A stretch of 64,000 bases of DNA from Neophaeotheca triangularis. Lineage: Eukaryota. This document shows, piece by piece, positions 30,966-43,323 of the stretch (position 1 is the stretch's first letter; each line of letters begins with the position of its first letter). The notes beneath the pieces are model-generated. The model did no database searches. It was not told the origin of the DNA and worked only from the letters and a program-made list of their open reading frames with translations. The position numbers and the translations under genes are program-made. The stretch spans positions 682,001-746,000 of the forward strand of contig BAAIJX010000006.1 of the NCBI GenBank assembly GCA_054600435.1. The letters run 5' to 3'.

Positions 30966-32639
30966 CTACCGCTCAATCTCCGCGCTCCCCCCTTCGCGGG
31001 CCATCTCCTCCCCTTCTCCCTCCGCTCCTTCTCCCTCCGCTCCTTCTCCCTCCGCTCCTTCTCCATTCTCATCCCCAACAAGCCCAATCACCCACCTTCT
31101 CCCCTCCCTCCCCAACTCCGGCCATAGATCCCTAGGCAAGAACCTCCCAGCTTCCTCAACAAACTCCTCCCGCCTCTCGCGATCACCCTCCCACAACCTC
31201 TCCAGCTCCATCCGGGCCCGGCTCGCGACCTTTTCCATCTGTGCCTCCACAGCTTTCCTCCGCTCGACCTCCTTCAGCAGCGCTTTGTATGAAGCGCCAA
31301 AATGGGCGTAAAAAGCCGTGAGCTCGGAGAGCTGGGTAGATTTCTCTTGCATGCCGGTCGTGAGGGAGACGACCGTGGAGTGGAAAGTGGAGGTGGTGAT
31401 GAGGATGTCGGGGAGCCTCGAGCGCAGGGGTTGCAGGTGTGTAATTAGGAGGCGCTGGAGCTGAGAACGTGTGTTGCGCGCTCGGAGCGCGTGGGTCTCG
31501 AGCAGCGTGAAGTTTTCTTCCAGAGAGTCCGCGAGGTCGCGGAGCTCGGTCACGACGTCTTCGAGCTCGGTGGCGTCATTTTCGAGTACGGAGAGCATTT
31601 CGCTTCGCTCTTCGTGGGAGATCGGCGCCGGGTGTTTGTTTTCAGCGTAGAGGCTGCTCTCGCCATCGCCAGCTTTGGCTCCCGAGCGGGTCAGGGCTCC
31701 TTGTTCTTGTTCGCGTTGTATGGCGGCTTTGGCTGCTTCACCACCGCCTTCGGTGTGTTTGAGGGCTGTTACGCAGAGATCGTGGTGGGAGATGAGGGAA
31801 TGTAGGAGGGAAGCGGTCTCGGCGGCTTGAGACTCGAGAGTGCGGAAGACGCCAGGGAGAGAGGGGGGTTGGGCGGCGCGGTTGCGGGTCGAGGGGAGCG
31901 TGGGGTTGCTATCGTCGGAGTTGTAGGCTTCGTCGGTTGGGGGTGCTGGACGACTAGTCTTATGTAGAACTTGCTCGATTGCTTGTGTGGTGTCTGATAG
32001 AGACGTTAGAGCGGTATTCAATATAGATTTGGAGTCTTGGAAAGTGTCGAGTAGGACGCGCAGCTCGCCCAACAGGTCTGTATGCGTAGAGTCGTCGATG
32101 AAGTCGTAGAGATTCTTTGGCTCGTCTGATGCCGCTTCGTCTGGCTCACCACTCTCTTGCATCGACTCCATGTCATTTCGACCGAGGTGTCTGTCTCTCT
32201 CAGAGCCTTTGGTGTGCAAGGCGGCATCCACAACAACTTTCCTCAGTCCGTCCAGAGTCTTTTCCAGCCTTACGTGTTTTCCGTCAAGCTCCGCGATCAT
32301 CTTCTCAAGGTCGTGATCCGCCTCGTCCCCAGCCTCAGTAACACCATCTCTTACCGCGTTGAGAGTGTCGACTTGCCGTGCGATGCCTCTGTGGGCACTC
32401 ACATTTTGCGCATTCAAGATGGCGACTTCTTCAATTAAACGTCGCGAGCTCGTTACTATCTCGTTGGCTCGTAGAACTAGGTTTGTCGAGCTGAGAGAGC
32501 GTTTTGCGGCGACAAAATGCACGACTAGACGCTCCAGAGTGGGTGGGCCATGGACACTGGCTTCAGGTGATTGCGATGGAGAAGGGGATTCAGAGCGCTC
32601 GGATGAGCTGTCTGATGCCGAGGAGCTGACTGTAGCCAT
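30966..32639 (-). CDS. ATG17: Autophagy scaffold Atg17, 557 aa
   Basis: LVVHFVAAKRSLSS...RANEIV N-terminus, KNLYDFIDD, LISHHDLCVTALKHTEGG, and C-terminal GRFLPRDLWP. Coiled-coil character. Confidence 0.88.
   Translation of the reverse strand: MATVSSSASDSSSERSESPSPSQSPEASVHGPPTLERLVVHFVAAKRSLSSTNLVLRANEIVTSSRRLIEEVAILNAQNVSAHRGIARQVDTLNAVRDGVTEAGDEADHDLEKMIAELDGKHVRLEKTLDGLRKVVVDAALHTKGSERDRHLGRNDMESMQESGEPDEAASDEPKNLYDFIDDSTHTDLLGELRVLLDTFQDSKSILNTALTSLSDTTQAIEQVLHKTSRPAPPTDEAYNSDDSNPTLPSTRNRAAQPPSLPGVFRTLESQAAETASLLHSLISHHDLCVTALKHTEGGGEAAKAAIQREQEQGALTRSGAKAGDGESSLYAENKHPAPISHEERSEMLSVLENDATELEDVVTELRDLADSLEENFTLLETHALRARNTRSQLQRLLITHLQPLRSRLPDILITTSTFHSTVVSLTTGMQEKSTQLSELTAFYAHFGASYKALLKEVERRKAVEAQMEKVASRARMELERLWEGDRERREEFVEEAGRFLPRDLWPELGREGRRWVIGLVGDENGEGAEGEGAEGEGAEGEGEEMAREGGSAEIER
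31012..31064. repeat. 15-bp tandem repeat x3.5 encoding GEGAE in the Atg17 tail
   Basis: (CCTTCTCCCTCCGCT)3 followed by CCTTCTCC. Confidence 0.9.
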
Positions 32640-33554
32640 ATTACCTCAATCGACGGATTCTGAGAAGTATGTCAATCAGCCACAAGAGGCGTGTGTGTAC
32701 AGCATCGTCCATACAAGTTGCTGGTGATCTCAAAGTAGCGTAGAGAGAGTACCTGAATGTTTGTTGCTTGACGATGTTGTAGAGCTCGGCCCAGACAGGC
32801 GGGATGCGGGAATTGAAGCTAAACCTACTTAGGTCAGATAACTTCCCGACCGCAACGTGGGCGCACGGTGTGGCGTAACCCCCCCAGCTTTCGGCAAGGT
32901 TGCAGGCGACTCCCGGAACTGCCCATTCCGATTATTCAGCTTGCCGATCTTGGCACGTCGAAGCTACAGAGCGCTATACCACGCCATCTGGTACGATAAG
33001 GTACCTCAATGGGCAATGATTGCTACCGATAGCCTACCATCTACACACTCGTCGCTATGCAGCGTATGTTTAAGAGGTAGACTGATCCAGAGGGTTTTGT
33101 CCGGAAAATATAACGAACACATTGTTCCAGAACGTTGGAACTTATTAAGGCACGTGCCCTTTACGACCGACCTCAAAACGGCGACTTTGAGCTTGGCGCC
33201 GGATAACGTGATCCGCCTTCTTGTTGCGTCTTCTTGCGTCTTCTTGCGACACCGACTGAACATTTCCAAAACCTTTGAAAGCCTCTTGACATCCTCCTCG
33301 CCACACAACATCTTCCCCGAGCACGCACATACTGTCCTTATCGCGACACCTCAAATCGGCCCAAATACCCGGAGCCAAGAACAGCAGCTAAGCTAGAGAC
33401 TTGATAACAGGCGGTCAACTGCGGAGAAGGAAGGCTTCAACCAACCAACCTTGCCCGACCGCGGGTCCAAAGCTGAACTGCTCTCCTTCTTCTCGCCATT
33501 CGCTTCTGCCTCCCCCTCTTCCTTCATGTAAAGATTGAATAAGAGCTCGCCATC

Positions 33555-35909
33555 ATGGCAGACGCATCGCGCAACCACATGCCTTCGGAGGCGCAAGAGG
33601 CGAAGCACTACCTCCCCTCTTCAATGGACCAGTACACGCCCTCAAGGCTTCACCAGCAGCAACCAACACCAGGCGCCGAGGACGAGACTACCACCAGCGC
33701 AGAGCATGACGACCTCTGTCGCCACGATCACGAACACGAAGGCCTGAGAAATCGCTATCGGCAAGACGTCGACTCCGCCGACCAGAACATCTCCATACCC
33801 GCGAGCTCGAAGCACGCAGAGCAAACTGTAGCTCCATTTCTCGCCGAGCACATACCGATGCAGTACAATCCTGGTAGCAATCAGATGCCGCGACAGTTGC
33901 AGGCTGGAGAGCAGGAGGATGCGCAGTCCCAGCCGAGCAATACAAAGTTTTGCTACAGGCACCGTCCTGATTTGAAGTGTAGACGACAGGCAAACGAGCC
34001 TTCCATGGAACAACTGCAGAATGAGCTGGGTACTTTATCACAATCAGATCAGCAGGCCATTTCACACGTCTGGTCGCTGTTCTCTGCTGCCCCCTCGAAA
34101 CACCGCAATCTCATGCTCCAGGGCATACTCACTCAATGCTGTTTCCCCCAGCTATCCTACGTCTCCGCCACCGTGCGAGACTTGATCAAAATCGACTTCC
34201 TTTCCGCCCTGCCACCAGAACTCGGCTTCAAGATTTTGTGCTATCTTGATACCACCTCGCTCTGCAAAGCAGCGCAGGTGAGTCAGCGATGGAGGAGTTT
34301 GGCAGACGATGATGTGGTCTGGCACAAGATGTGCGAGCAGCACATAGACAGAAAGTGCATAAAATGCGGATGGGGCTTGCCACTGCTGGAGAGGAAGAGA
34401 TTGAGGACGGAGAAGCGACAAATACAATTGAGAGCCACTGGTCGAGGTTTGAATCAATGGTCTCCTGCAATCACCCCGATACCGGAAGACGGCACTGCCG
34501 TACCAAGTGTGAATCTGGCATCGTCAAGTGACAACCGTACGCCTATCGCAAGCGGATCGGCAAAGCGGCCCATCGAAGACGCGACATCATCCTCTGCTGT
34601 TAAGAAGCAATGTACAATGCCACTGAGAGAGCAAGCAGCAGCGCATAATTCCGAGGACTCTTACTTTACGCCACGCAAGCGACCTTGGAAGGACGTTTAC
34701 AAGGACCGTTTCAAAGTCGGTACAGCATGGAAGTACGGTCGTTGCACTACAAAAGTGTTCAAAGGACACACCAACGGCGTCATGTGCCTGCAATTTGATG
34801 AGAGCGTACTCATAACTGGATCCTACGACGCAACCGCGAAAGTGTGGGACATTGAGACGGGCAATGAGCTGCGGTCGTTGGCTGGTCACACCAGCGGGAT
34901 AAGGTGTCTGCAGTTTGATGACAGCAAGTTGATGACCGGCAGTCTGGACCACACAATCAAGTTGTGGAACTGGCGAACCGGACAATGCCTGCGGACGTTC
35001 AATGCTCACACTGAGGGCGTACTCTCTCTGCACTTTGTCGGTCGTTACGTGGCTTCGGGCTCGATGGACAAGACTGTTCGCGTTTGGGACTCTAGTGAGC
35101 GAGAAACATTTCTCCTGCGTGGCCATCAAGACTGGGTCAACAGTGTCAAGATCGACGAACCATCACGTACGCTTTTCTCCGCCTCCGACGACCTTACAAT
35201 CCGTCTTTGGGACCTGGACACTCGCCAATGTATCAAAGTTTTCGAAGGGCACGTCGGTCAAGTGCAGCAAATTTTACCCATGCCCGCCGAGTTCGAACTT
35301 GACGAGCACAACCTCCACCCTGGCGATAAAGATGACGACGCCAGCAGCGTAGACTCAACTCAACACTCCAATCACCTCGACCGAGAGACGCCAGTTCCGA
35401 CATCCGCTCCCTTCTGGCCCTCCAACCCTGACCGTCCGGCGCCGCCTCGCTACATGCTCAGTGCCGCTCTAGACAGCACCATCCGCATCTGGGACGTCCA
35501 CGCCTCGCCTTCGCACCCGCACCTCTCCCAGGATCCCCAACCGCTACCAACAACAACACCATTCCCTTCAACCCCCATAATCACCACCGACCACGCCAAC
35601 ACCAACCCAGCCACCCTAGTCATCCCAACAGATCCCCTAACAAACTCCCACATCCCTCGCAACCAAGCCTGCGTGCGCACCTTCTTCGGTCACGTTGAGG
35701 GCATCTGGGCGCTCGCCGCCGACCATTTGCGCCTCGTGAGCGGTAGCGAGGACCGCATGATGAAAGTTTGGGATCCGCGGACGGGCAAGTGCGAGCGCAC
35801 TTTCACCGGCCATGCTGGCCCTGTGACTTGTGCGTGGTTGAGTGATCGTAGGGTGGCGAGTGGGAGTGAGGATTGTGAGGTCAGGGTGCTGGATTTCGGG
35901 GATGGGTAG
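33555..35909 (+). CDS. sconB: F-box/WD40 sulfur controller SconB/Scon-2/Met30, 784 aa
   Basis: [10 protein letters not shown], dimerisation region [15 protein letters not shown]-box [38 protein letters not shown], and WD40 repeats. Confidence 0.95.
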   Translation: MADASRNHMPSEAQEAKHYLPSSMDQYTPSRLHQQQPTPGAEDETTTSAEHDDLCRHDHEHEGLRNRYRQDVDSADQNISIPASSKHAEQTVAPFLAEHIPMQYNPGSNQMPRQLQAGEQEDAQSQPSNTKFCYRHRPDLKCRRQANEPSMEQLQNELGTLSQSDQQAISHVWSLFSAAPSKHRNLMLQGILTQCCFPQLSYVSATVRDLIKIDFLSALPPELGFKILCYLDTTSLCKAAQVSQRWRSLADDDVVWHKMCEQHIDRKCIKCGWGLPLLERKRLRTEKRQIQLRATGRGLNQWSPAITPIPEDGTAVPSVNLASSSDNRTPIASGSAKRPIEDATSSSAVKKQCTMPLREQAAAHNSEDSYFTPRKRPWKDVYKDRFKVGTAWKYGRCTTKVFKGHTNGVMCLQFDESVLITGSYDATAKVWDIETGNELRSLAGHTSGIRCLQFDDSKLMTGSLDHTIKLWNWRTGQCLRTFNAHTEGVLSLHFVGRYVASGSMDKTVRVWDSSERETFLLRGHQDWVNSVKIDEPSRTLFSASDDLTIRLWDLDTRQCIKVFEGHVGQVQQILPMPAEFELDEHNLHPGDKDDDASSVDSTQHSNHLDRETPVPTSAPFWPSNPDRPAPPRYMLSAALDSTIRIWDVHASPSHPHLSQDPQPLPTTTPFPSTPIITTDHANTNPATLVIPTDPLTNSHIPRNQACVRTFFGHVEGIWALAADHLRLVSGSEDRMMKVWDPRTGKCERTFTGHAGPVTCAWLSDRRVASGSEDCEVRVLDFGDG

Positions 35910-36582
35910 GCGGGCATTCAGCGGGTTTGGTTTTGGCCCCTCCCTCGTTCTTCTTGGTTTAGCGATGGCGTTGCGGAAACTGGGCTATGTTCTCAGAGAG
36001 TGTGATTTTGGGCTTTCAGCGAGGAGTTTGGGCGTTTTTGCTTCTTCTCGATGTAGTAATGGATGAGCTTGTAGAGATATTGTACGATAACCCCTTTTTC
36101 GGCTTTCAATCGCTCTATGCCTTGACATGCTTCTCATTATTCGCGGTAAGCATGAAGCCATCGCAACGCTACGAACCAATATATTCTTTCCGGCCCTCTG
36201 ATCACTAGGCGTTCAATGGCTGTACCCATGTGTTCAGCTTTCCACAAGAGGCCGAGATGCTTTCCCAATAAGCCACGACACTTTTCGATCGCTACGCGAG
36301 CAAAGAGTGCCGTCTGTTCGATTAGCCCAAAGCCCAACCACGACTCGACCTGCGAATCGTAACTGACAGCACTACACAATACGCCAGGGCTCTAAAACTC
36401 CAGGAAAGAGCTACCGCCAACTTTTTCTCTCAAACTGTATATTCTACAAGCCCTTCAAGAAACGACGAGACCTCGACCGGCCGCAAATCATCACACAGCC
36501 GTCCGTCCGTCGGTCCGTCGGTCCATGCACAACCCTCGAAGGAATGGAAGCATTGCCTTGGTGCGGCAACCTGCGATGCCCC

Positions 36583-36963
36583 CTAAGTTAGCCATCCGCG
36601 CGATGAGACCGACCGCCATGGCGCTGGAAGCCGCAGCACGAGCGCGCTGGCTTCGAGATCGTCACGCGCTACTGTGGGCGGGGCGAGCGGAGAAGGAAGT
36701 GAAGATATGAAGGCAACCGCCGACTCGGCGGTAGAGGAAAGCAGCCAGCCGGACCGGTCAGCGGCGATGGGCGAAGGGGAAACCAGGCTCTTGCCGTCGT
36801 ATCCTTGGGCTAGGGTGGAATGAGGACTCGTCGGGTACATGGGCGGGTTGGAGGGCGAGCTCGTGGTCGGTTCGCGTGGCTGCTTGAAAGGTCGCCTGCC
36901 CCTGACTGCAAACGTCGGAGGCCTGGGTGCTGGCGGACTCGGCGGGTTGGTGGCTTGCGCCAT
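36583..36963 (-). CDS. Possible small Pro/Ser-rich orphan ORF (126 aa)
   Basis: ATG-initiated ORF in a GC-rich island between convergent genes. No recognisable motif. Confidence 0.22.
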   Translation of the reverse strand: MAQATNPPSPPAPRPPTFAVRGRRPFKQPREPTTSSPSNPPMYPTSPHSTLAQGYDGKSLVSPSPIAADRSGWLLSSTAESAVAFISSLPSPLAPPTVARDDLEASALVLRLPAPWRSVSSRGWLT

Positions 36964-37043
36964 CGCGTCTGATTGGTGAAGCTTTTACAACCGGTGAGAG
37001 AGCGCAGTGTCGATCTGGGGATCTTGGAATGCAGCGCTTCGGA

Positions 37044-37064
37044 GGGGGGGGGGGGGGGGGGGGG
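37044..37064. repeat. G21 homopolymer (G-quadruplex-prone)
   Basis: 21 consecutive G. Shorter G11-12 runs occur near 45945, 48229 and 55186. Confidence 0.9.
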
Positions 37065-38417
37065 CATGGCTGGAGCTCTGGCTTGTTGGTTGGCTGGCTA
37101 TTGGACTTGTGTGAGAAGGAATATTTGGCGGGGGAGGTCTGGAGCTGATGAGAGAGATTCTGGACCTGGCTGAACAAGGCAGCGTTCGATCCTTCGACGA
37201 CCTGGAGCTTCCAGAAGGGGGAAACCACATCAGGCGAGATGAAGGAAGCTTTCCGGTGTTCTTTCCGAAGCCGCGTCTCCCTCGACAGCCAAAGATGGGG
37301 GGGCGTCCTCAGCGTTCAAAGAGCTGGCTCGCACGCTACAACTGACCTGTCCACACGCTCCAAGCCTTTCCACGGCCTTCTGGCGTGACCCTGTTAAATC
37401 CACAACGTACGTACGTACCTGACAGTGCAAGCTTTCTCAAGCGTTGTATTTGGAACTCCCACGAGATGCCCATCACGTGCTCGCCCGGCATCCAATGGCC
37501 GCGCACCAAGGCTTCACCGGTGAACGAGGCTGCGCTCAGCCAGTCAGCAGCATTGCATAACATTGGTGTGATGTCCAGGAAGCAGGCGTTGTAACTGCGC
37601 GTACAGCATGCAGCGTTCACCGTTTCTGTCAAGATTACAGAGGTCCCATGGGCCGGGTACTCGACACGGCGTCTGCACTCTGCTGGAGGTGCATCTGCAC
37701 GTGCAAGTTTGCAGTTAGTTGCGAAGTATGCCTAGCAGTCAATTGGATACAGGAGAAGGGGTTGACATGGGTCAAGGATGTTGATTTTCCTGGAGATGTG
37801 GAAAGTAGTGATTGATCGAGTAAATGCTAGATTGGGTATCATACGGCGCTCTCCTCCAGCCGTTTTTCTGCTCTGGCTAGGAAACCCATGCCATGAATTT
37901 TCAACGCTCCCAGTCCGAAAGTAAAAGCAATAGGTAGGGTGAAAGTAAAGCTACCAACCCTTCGAGCGCTATGGGTAGGAAGTCGGCCTTCCCTTCCGTG
38001 TTTGGTCTCAGTTTGCAGAGATTGTTGTTTTGCCGTAGTCTTCTGATGTGTCGACAGTACGTGAACAGCAAATCGCGAAGACTAGAAGGTTCGCCCGCAA
38101 AGTGAAAGCTCGGTAGCTTCCCTGGGTGCCGGCGGTAGTTTCACGCTTCCGGTGGCCGAGGAAACGAGACGGGATCGTCCAACATTGATGCCATTGCAAG
38201 TAGCGGTGGGCGACGATGCCATGGCTTTGACAGCTTCAACAGCTTTGATCATAGCTATAGCTTCGTTGTCGATTCGCGGATAACTGCATGATCTGAAACT
38301 TCCCACCTGCAAGGCAGCTCAACCATCTCGGAGTCCGATAGATTGGGGACGCGTACGCTGCTCGCGGGCGATCGGGCGATCGCAGTGAATGGTTATACCC
38401 TCTTCTTTGAGCCTCAT

Positions 38418-39514
38418 TCATATCGGCAATCCACGTTCCAGCTTGAACAGTTCCGCAGCCAAGCATGGCGTCGACTTGATAACGCTGTATACATCTTGAG
38501 TATTGGCCAGCTGGGGGTGCATCTTGAAAGCCTGGAGCACAATGTTTCTGAGGCCGCGGTCTGAGTCGGGGGTTGAGTCGTAGACTTCTTCGATAGCGTC
38601 GGCGAATTCAGGAGAATCGTAATAGCATGCCATTGCCATTTCGAACTTTCTTTTCGCGAGGGGCTTCAGCGAGGGAATGTCGTATTTTTCGGCGAGGGCG
38701 TAGACTTTGGTATGTAGAAGGAGGTGCGATTCGGCTTCGGTGTCTTCTTCCTCGTCATCGACGGACTCGTACTCATCGCTGTCGGAGTCTACGTCAAGGG
38801 GCGGGGTGCGGTTTCGCTGTTTTGGCGACCTGGGCGATTGCGGGCCCTTTCCTGCGAAATCGTAGCCATTGCTGGTATGTGGGGGAGTCAATGGGCCCTG
38901 TGGTTGTTGCGGGCCACAGTAGCCGGCTTGAGCGAGCAGCGGGTCTTCAACTTGCGAGAGGTCAAGCTTCTTCCGGAGGTCGCGACGACGATTGCTGTAT
39001 GCGCGATGGCGGAAGATGGCTGACGGTGCGGTTGTCGGTTCGGTCAAGTAGTCAAGGTGGTAGAAGTCTGGCAAGCAGCGTTAGCCAGATTGTTCAAAAA
39101 TCCGAAGGGCTCACGCGACCGTGTCGAGGCACTGTAGAGGCCGCGCGCTGCGACCCTCCTAGCATCGTACGGTTCCTGTCGATATAAGACTTACAGTGAA
39201 TCATTTGCTCGACAGCCTCTTCGTCATCATCGCTGAGGTCGATAACGCCAGTGCTGGCTTCGCGGAACTGGCTGCTACAGGCACCATCGAAGAAGCCACT
39301 CCGGGAGCACAGGATCGCTCGATGGACGGCCCATTGCTTGTAGTTGCAGGTGACGGTCAAATCAGAGTACTTTCCTCCCAAATGAAGCCTGCGACGAGCG
39401 TAAGCACCACCCATGATTTGAATATAGCGCGACAAGGAGTGGATAGGATTGTACGAAAAGGGACGATACTGACGTTGACAAGGCAGTCATCAATTCATTC
39501 TGCGGAGAGTCCAT
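38418..39514 (-). CDS. BTB/POZ domain protein, 294 aa
   Basis: Exons 39514-39474, 39388-39195 and 39067-38418 (introns GTCAGT...CAG and GTAAGT...GCTAAC...CAG, frame checked). KYSDLTVTC...VHRAILCSRSGFF...EASTGVIDL...MIHYFYHLDY; second half HTKVYALAEKYDIPSL. Confidence 0.9.
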
Positions 39515-42500
39515 TGCAAGAAATGGGCGACGCGACGGTGATTGCAGTAGTGAATGGGGAGCCGAGGGTGCAGACGGACTCGGCTGACGGACAGCTACAA
39601 GCTCGAGAAGTGCGACAGGTGGGTGGGTCCTGGGTTGATGTGCGAGGGTGAAGATCAGTAGTGACGTTGGCGCCGGCAGGTTATGGTGTTGGTTGTTATT
39701 ATTGTAGGTGATGAGTGGCTTCAACGCGATCGCTTTTCTGTGGATAGTCGAAAGATGGTCAGTAGTGGTAGTGGTAGTAGTAGTATGAGCTGGGAATGGA
39801 TGGCGAAGAAGGCGAGGTCGGCGGATGGCGAGCGACAGTCATATATCAAAAGGGTATTGATTAGCATCGTGGGCCCTAGCCCTCTCCCTTCCCTTCCCTT
39901 CCCTTCCCTTCCCCCCCACCACCCCCCTCCTCTCTCATTCAGGCTCTCCCTTCTTCGCGCGGCGTACGGCGGGCAGGCCAAGTGCAGCGTGACCTGCAGA
40001 CACGCGAGAGTGACGAGCGGAGCGTCGCCGAGTCTAGTCGCCTAGCCTTTGGTGAAGTGTGCACCAACCTACCTTGAGGCCTGTATGCTCGACTTGGCAC
40101 TGACGCGTAGCTCGACTGGGCTGAGGGACCTAAGGTACTACTGTACTGTACTTACCTACCTCAGCGCAACACCCAAGCTGGAAGAGACCTCTCTGGTCAG
40201 AAGCTTATTAATGCGAGATTATTATTACTGCCTACCCGCCCTGCTACCCCTGCACAAGTGCAACCATAGCGGAGCGGATGCAAGTACTGTATACAGTATG
40301 CTGCCTACTAGGTACATACGTTACGTTACTACTCAGTAGTCTTTGCACGTTTTGCCTTCCCGCCGTGCTGTGTTTGCAAGGGCCCGCAGCCCGAAATTGT
40401 GCACGTCCTTGACAGCCACGTGTTTAGGCCTCCCCTCTTGAACCCTAACGTTAAGACTTTTAACCTCATTTCCTAACGCCGATAGACGGGGCTTGGACAG
40501 CTTTGGCTTTGACCATATGTGGTTGGTTGGTAGCCTCACGCCGGCGACAAACGGAGAGTTTAGTTCGTCAAATCAAAAAGTGGCTCCTGTACCGCACCGG
40601 CTGTTGAGCTCCAGGGAACAAAAGATCGTCTTCCGACCGAACAGCTGAGAAGAGAACATCGTCGAGGTAACGTTAGCCGGGGCAGACCATTCTCCGTCGC
40701 ACAGTGTGTTGTTGTGGTTGTATGTACGTTCAATCCATGCGGCTGTGCAAGATACCTCTTGCCACAATACAGCTGTCTAGACTCGAGTGTTCCGAAGACA
40801 GGCGTTAGAACCGTTGCGTCCCAAGCATTGGGGAAATGCAATTTTGTTAAGATCTATCTCGCATCTCGTGTTCCAAAATGACTCGTGAGGTGAGGCTCAG
40901 TCATGTCATATAAGATACACATGGACACATTGTGGGGCATCACCGATCAGGAGAGATGATCGCAACGGTAGTGACATCAGATCAAAAATGCTGACTCGCT
41001 CCGCTCATGTCCGCTCAAGAGGTCACAATCCCCGGCGAAAGGACCAAGTGTTGTTGCCCGAAGTTCAAGGAGAAATTGCCATAGCCCTACCAGGCTACCA
41101 AGATGCGTTCTACATATTCGGAAAGGTCGGGCGCTTCAGAGCGCTTTCGCCAAGAGCCCTAATCCTCCTAGTCGGGAAAAAAACAATGAAAGCAGCCTAG
41201 CAGTCTCGCCTTATAGAGAGAGCCCTACCTATCTCGAAATGATGTGCTTTAAGATGCCCGAGTCCGCTACAAGGCAACGGCGGCAACGGCTTGTTTGCTA
41301 GGCCTTTGAGGCACAGTTGACAGGCACCTTGTCGTGGGTACTCGGTTTGAGCGGCTACCGATTTGCCGTGGTTGGCCAAACTGCTACCAATGCCATGCTC
41401 CCGCACGCTCCATTTCAAGATATGCATCGAATCGAATGGTGCGCTCTGAAAGTATTATGGTACAGTACCTTCAGCTTTCGCGGCATCAGTGGTCGCACAG
41501 ATTGGCGAGCCTTCTTCGTTCGAGACCTCAGCTGACGCTGGAACCGAGACATGATGGAGATATCTACCGGCAACGCCCTTCATAGATTGTTCCTCTCGCC
41601 TCGGGATCCAGAATACTTTTTGTCGTCCGAGACGGAGAGAAACCGCTGTTGGCTCGATTAGGGCTGCCCTATAGGGCATCGTGAGGTGATGGAGCATGGC
41701 GTCTGCTGAATTCCTCGGTTCGATGCGGACCCAGCAGTCCACAACTTTAGTTACAAAAGCCGCTGCGGCCAAACTGTGCAAAAAGCTTAAGCAATACGTT
41801 TTCCGGACAAACGTCGCTCCGTGTTATCATTGGTCGAGGGCCGAAAAGACGCACGACGCTCCCTCCAATCGCGCATCTTGCGACCAGGTAGCTCGCGGTA
41901 GTACTAGTATTGTCGGATTTGAACAATTTTACCGGGTAACAATCTGTATAACTTGAAATGCCAATGTCAATAATACTGCGTAGGTATTGTCAACAATTGC
42001 CAATGCTGCATCGCTGTTGACATCTTCCCCGCGGATCGCGTCAGTCCAGTTTGCATGCACGCTACACGGGAAGCATCCAGCATGCCATGTGTTTGTAGGT
42101 GGTCTAGAGCTACGACGATGATCAAAGCCAAAAGCATGCGTCGGCGCATGAGCATCCTTGCCTAAACGGCCCGGGGTCAGCTGAACCAAAGAAAGGAGTT
42201 TTTCGGAGTGTTCTAACTTCTTCTAAGGCCCGGTTCGTTTCCGCATTAATTAATAATGTTATGGAGTGAGAAAAGCGTGGCCAGGCAAAAATGATTCCCT
42301 AGCCTCGATAACACCAGCTAATTTTACACAGACTCATGTGGAGGCTTGTTCCGAGCCTCAGTGAAGGCAAAACCATTGATATCGAATTAGTAGGATATCG
42401 GATCTCGTCGCCGCGAGAGGCGGAACACGTTCCTCGTTCCTTATTTAGAGTTGGTGTCCTAAGGCCGGTAGTTGTGACAGGCGGCAAACACTCGAAAGAA

Positions 42501-43092
42501 GTTGCTCCCTTTGGGATGCCTAGGCCCCAGAGGCGTGGCATTTTGTTGGCAAAGCAATAGGCTTTTGCTTTCATGCGGACGACACGACCTCGTCACCTTG
42601 CCCCAGATTTGACCGAGGCCACGACGTGTGAAAACTCTCGTCGCGACGAGGCGTCGCACGTAGCGGGCTGAGCACAGCCTCAGTGAGCCGTGTATTTGGC
42701 ATTGGTTTCTGGACACACCGGTCATTCTCCAGGCATCGTTCCTCGAAAAGGAGAGATGATGTAAGTTAGGCCGCATAACTTAGCAGGATAGACGCGTTCG
42801 AAGCGCTGTCGTGTTCTTAGACTTCGACCGCAGTCCGTCGTGCTGACTACACCTTCTGTAGTAGTAGTCTTGACACGGTTCGTGTTGATACAGTTTCCGC
42901 TGCTGTGCTAAACATGTCACGCGTAGTTTGTACCTTATGGGTGGTCTATCACTCTGAAAGTCAAGTTGCTATGAGCAGCCTAGTGTGCAAAGATGTCGCG
43001 CGTAAGTGAAGGTCTTATCGATAAGATCAGCTCCGACATCAAACGCCAAGACTTGGGGATAAGGTGACGTAGCGTTTCGATGTTCCAACCTC

Positions 43093-43135
43093 TAGGTAAC
43101 ACCTACCTACCTAAGGTACCTTACCTATACCTACC
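43093..43135. promoter_or_regulatory. TAAGGTACCTTA / TACC-rich palindromic promoter element (representative copy)
   Basis: 12-bp palindrome at 43112-43123, about 200 bp upstream of the DOA1 ATG. The same AGGTACCT core recurs upstream of several other genes. Confidence 0.45.
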
Positions 43136-43323
43136 GATGCAGGTGAAGAGAAATTATCTTACACCTCGTCAACCACCAACACCCAGTCTGCCTCGCCAAA
43201 GAAATCTACAGCGCCTGCTATATCACACGCGACCCTTGCCGAGCCATCCACAATTACCGACACCTCCCGGCTTCGCAGAGACAGTCCCTACCAACCGACA
43301 GCCAGAGGCGCAGAGAGGACGTC

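Noticed and set aside
29726..42634. Exact 15-mer CACGACGTGTGAAAA at 29726 and 42620
   Set aside because: About one or two 15-mer matches are expected by chance in 64 kb, and the flanks do not align.
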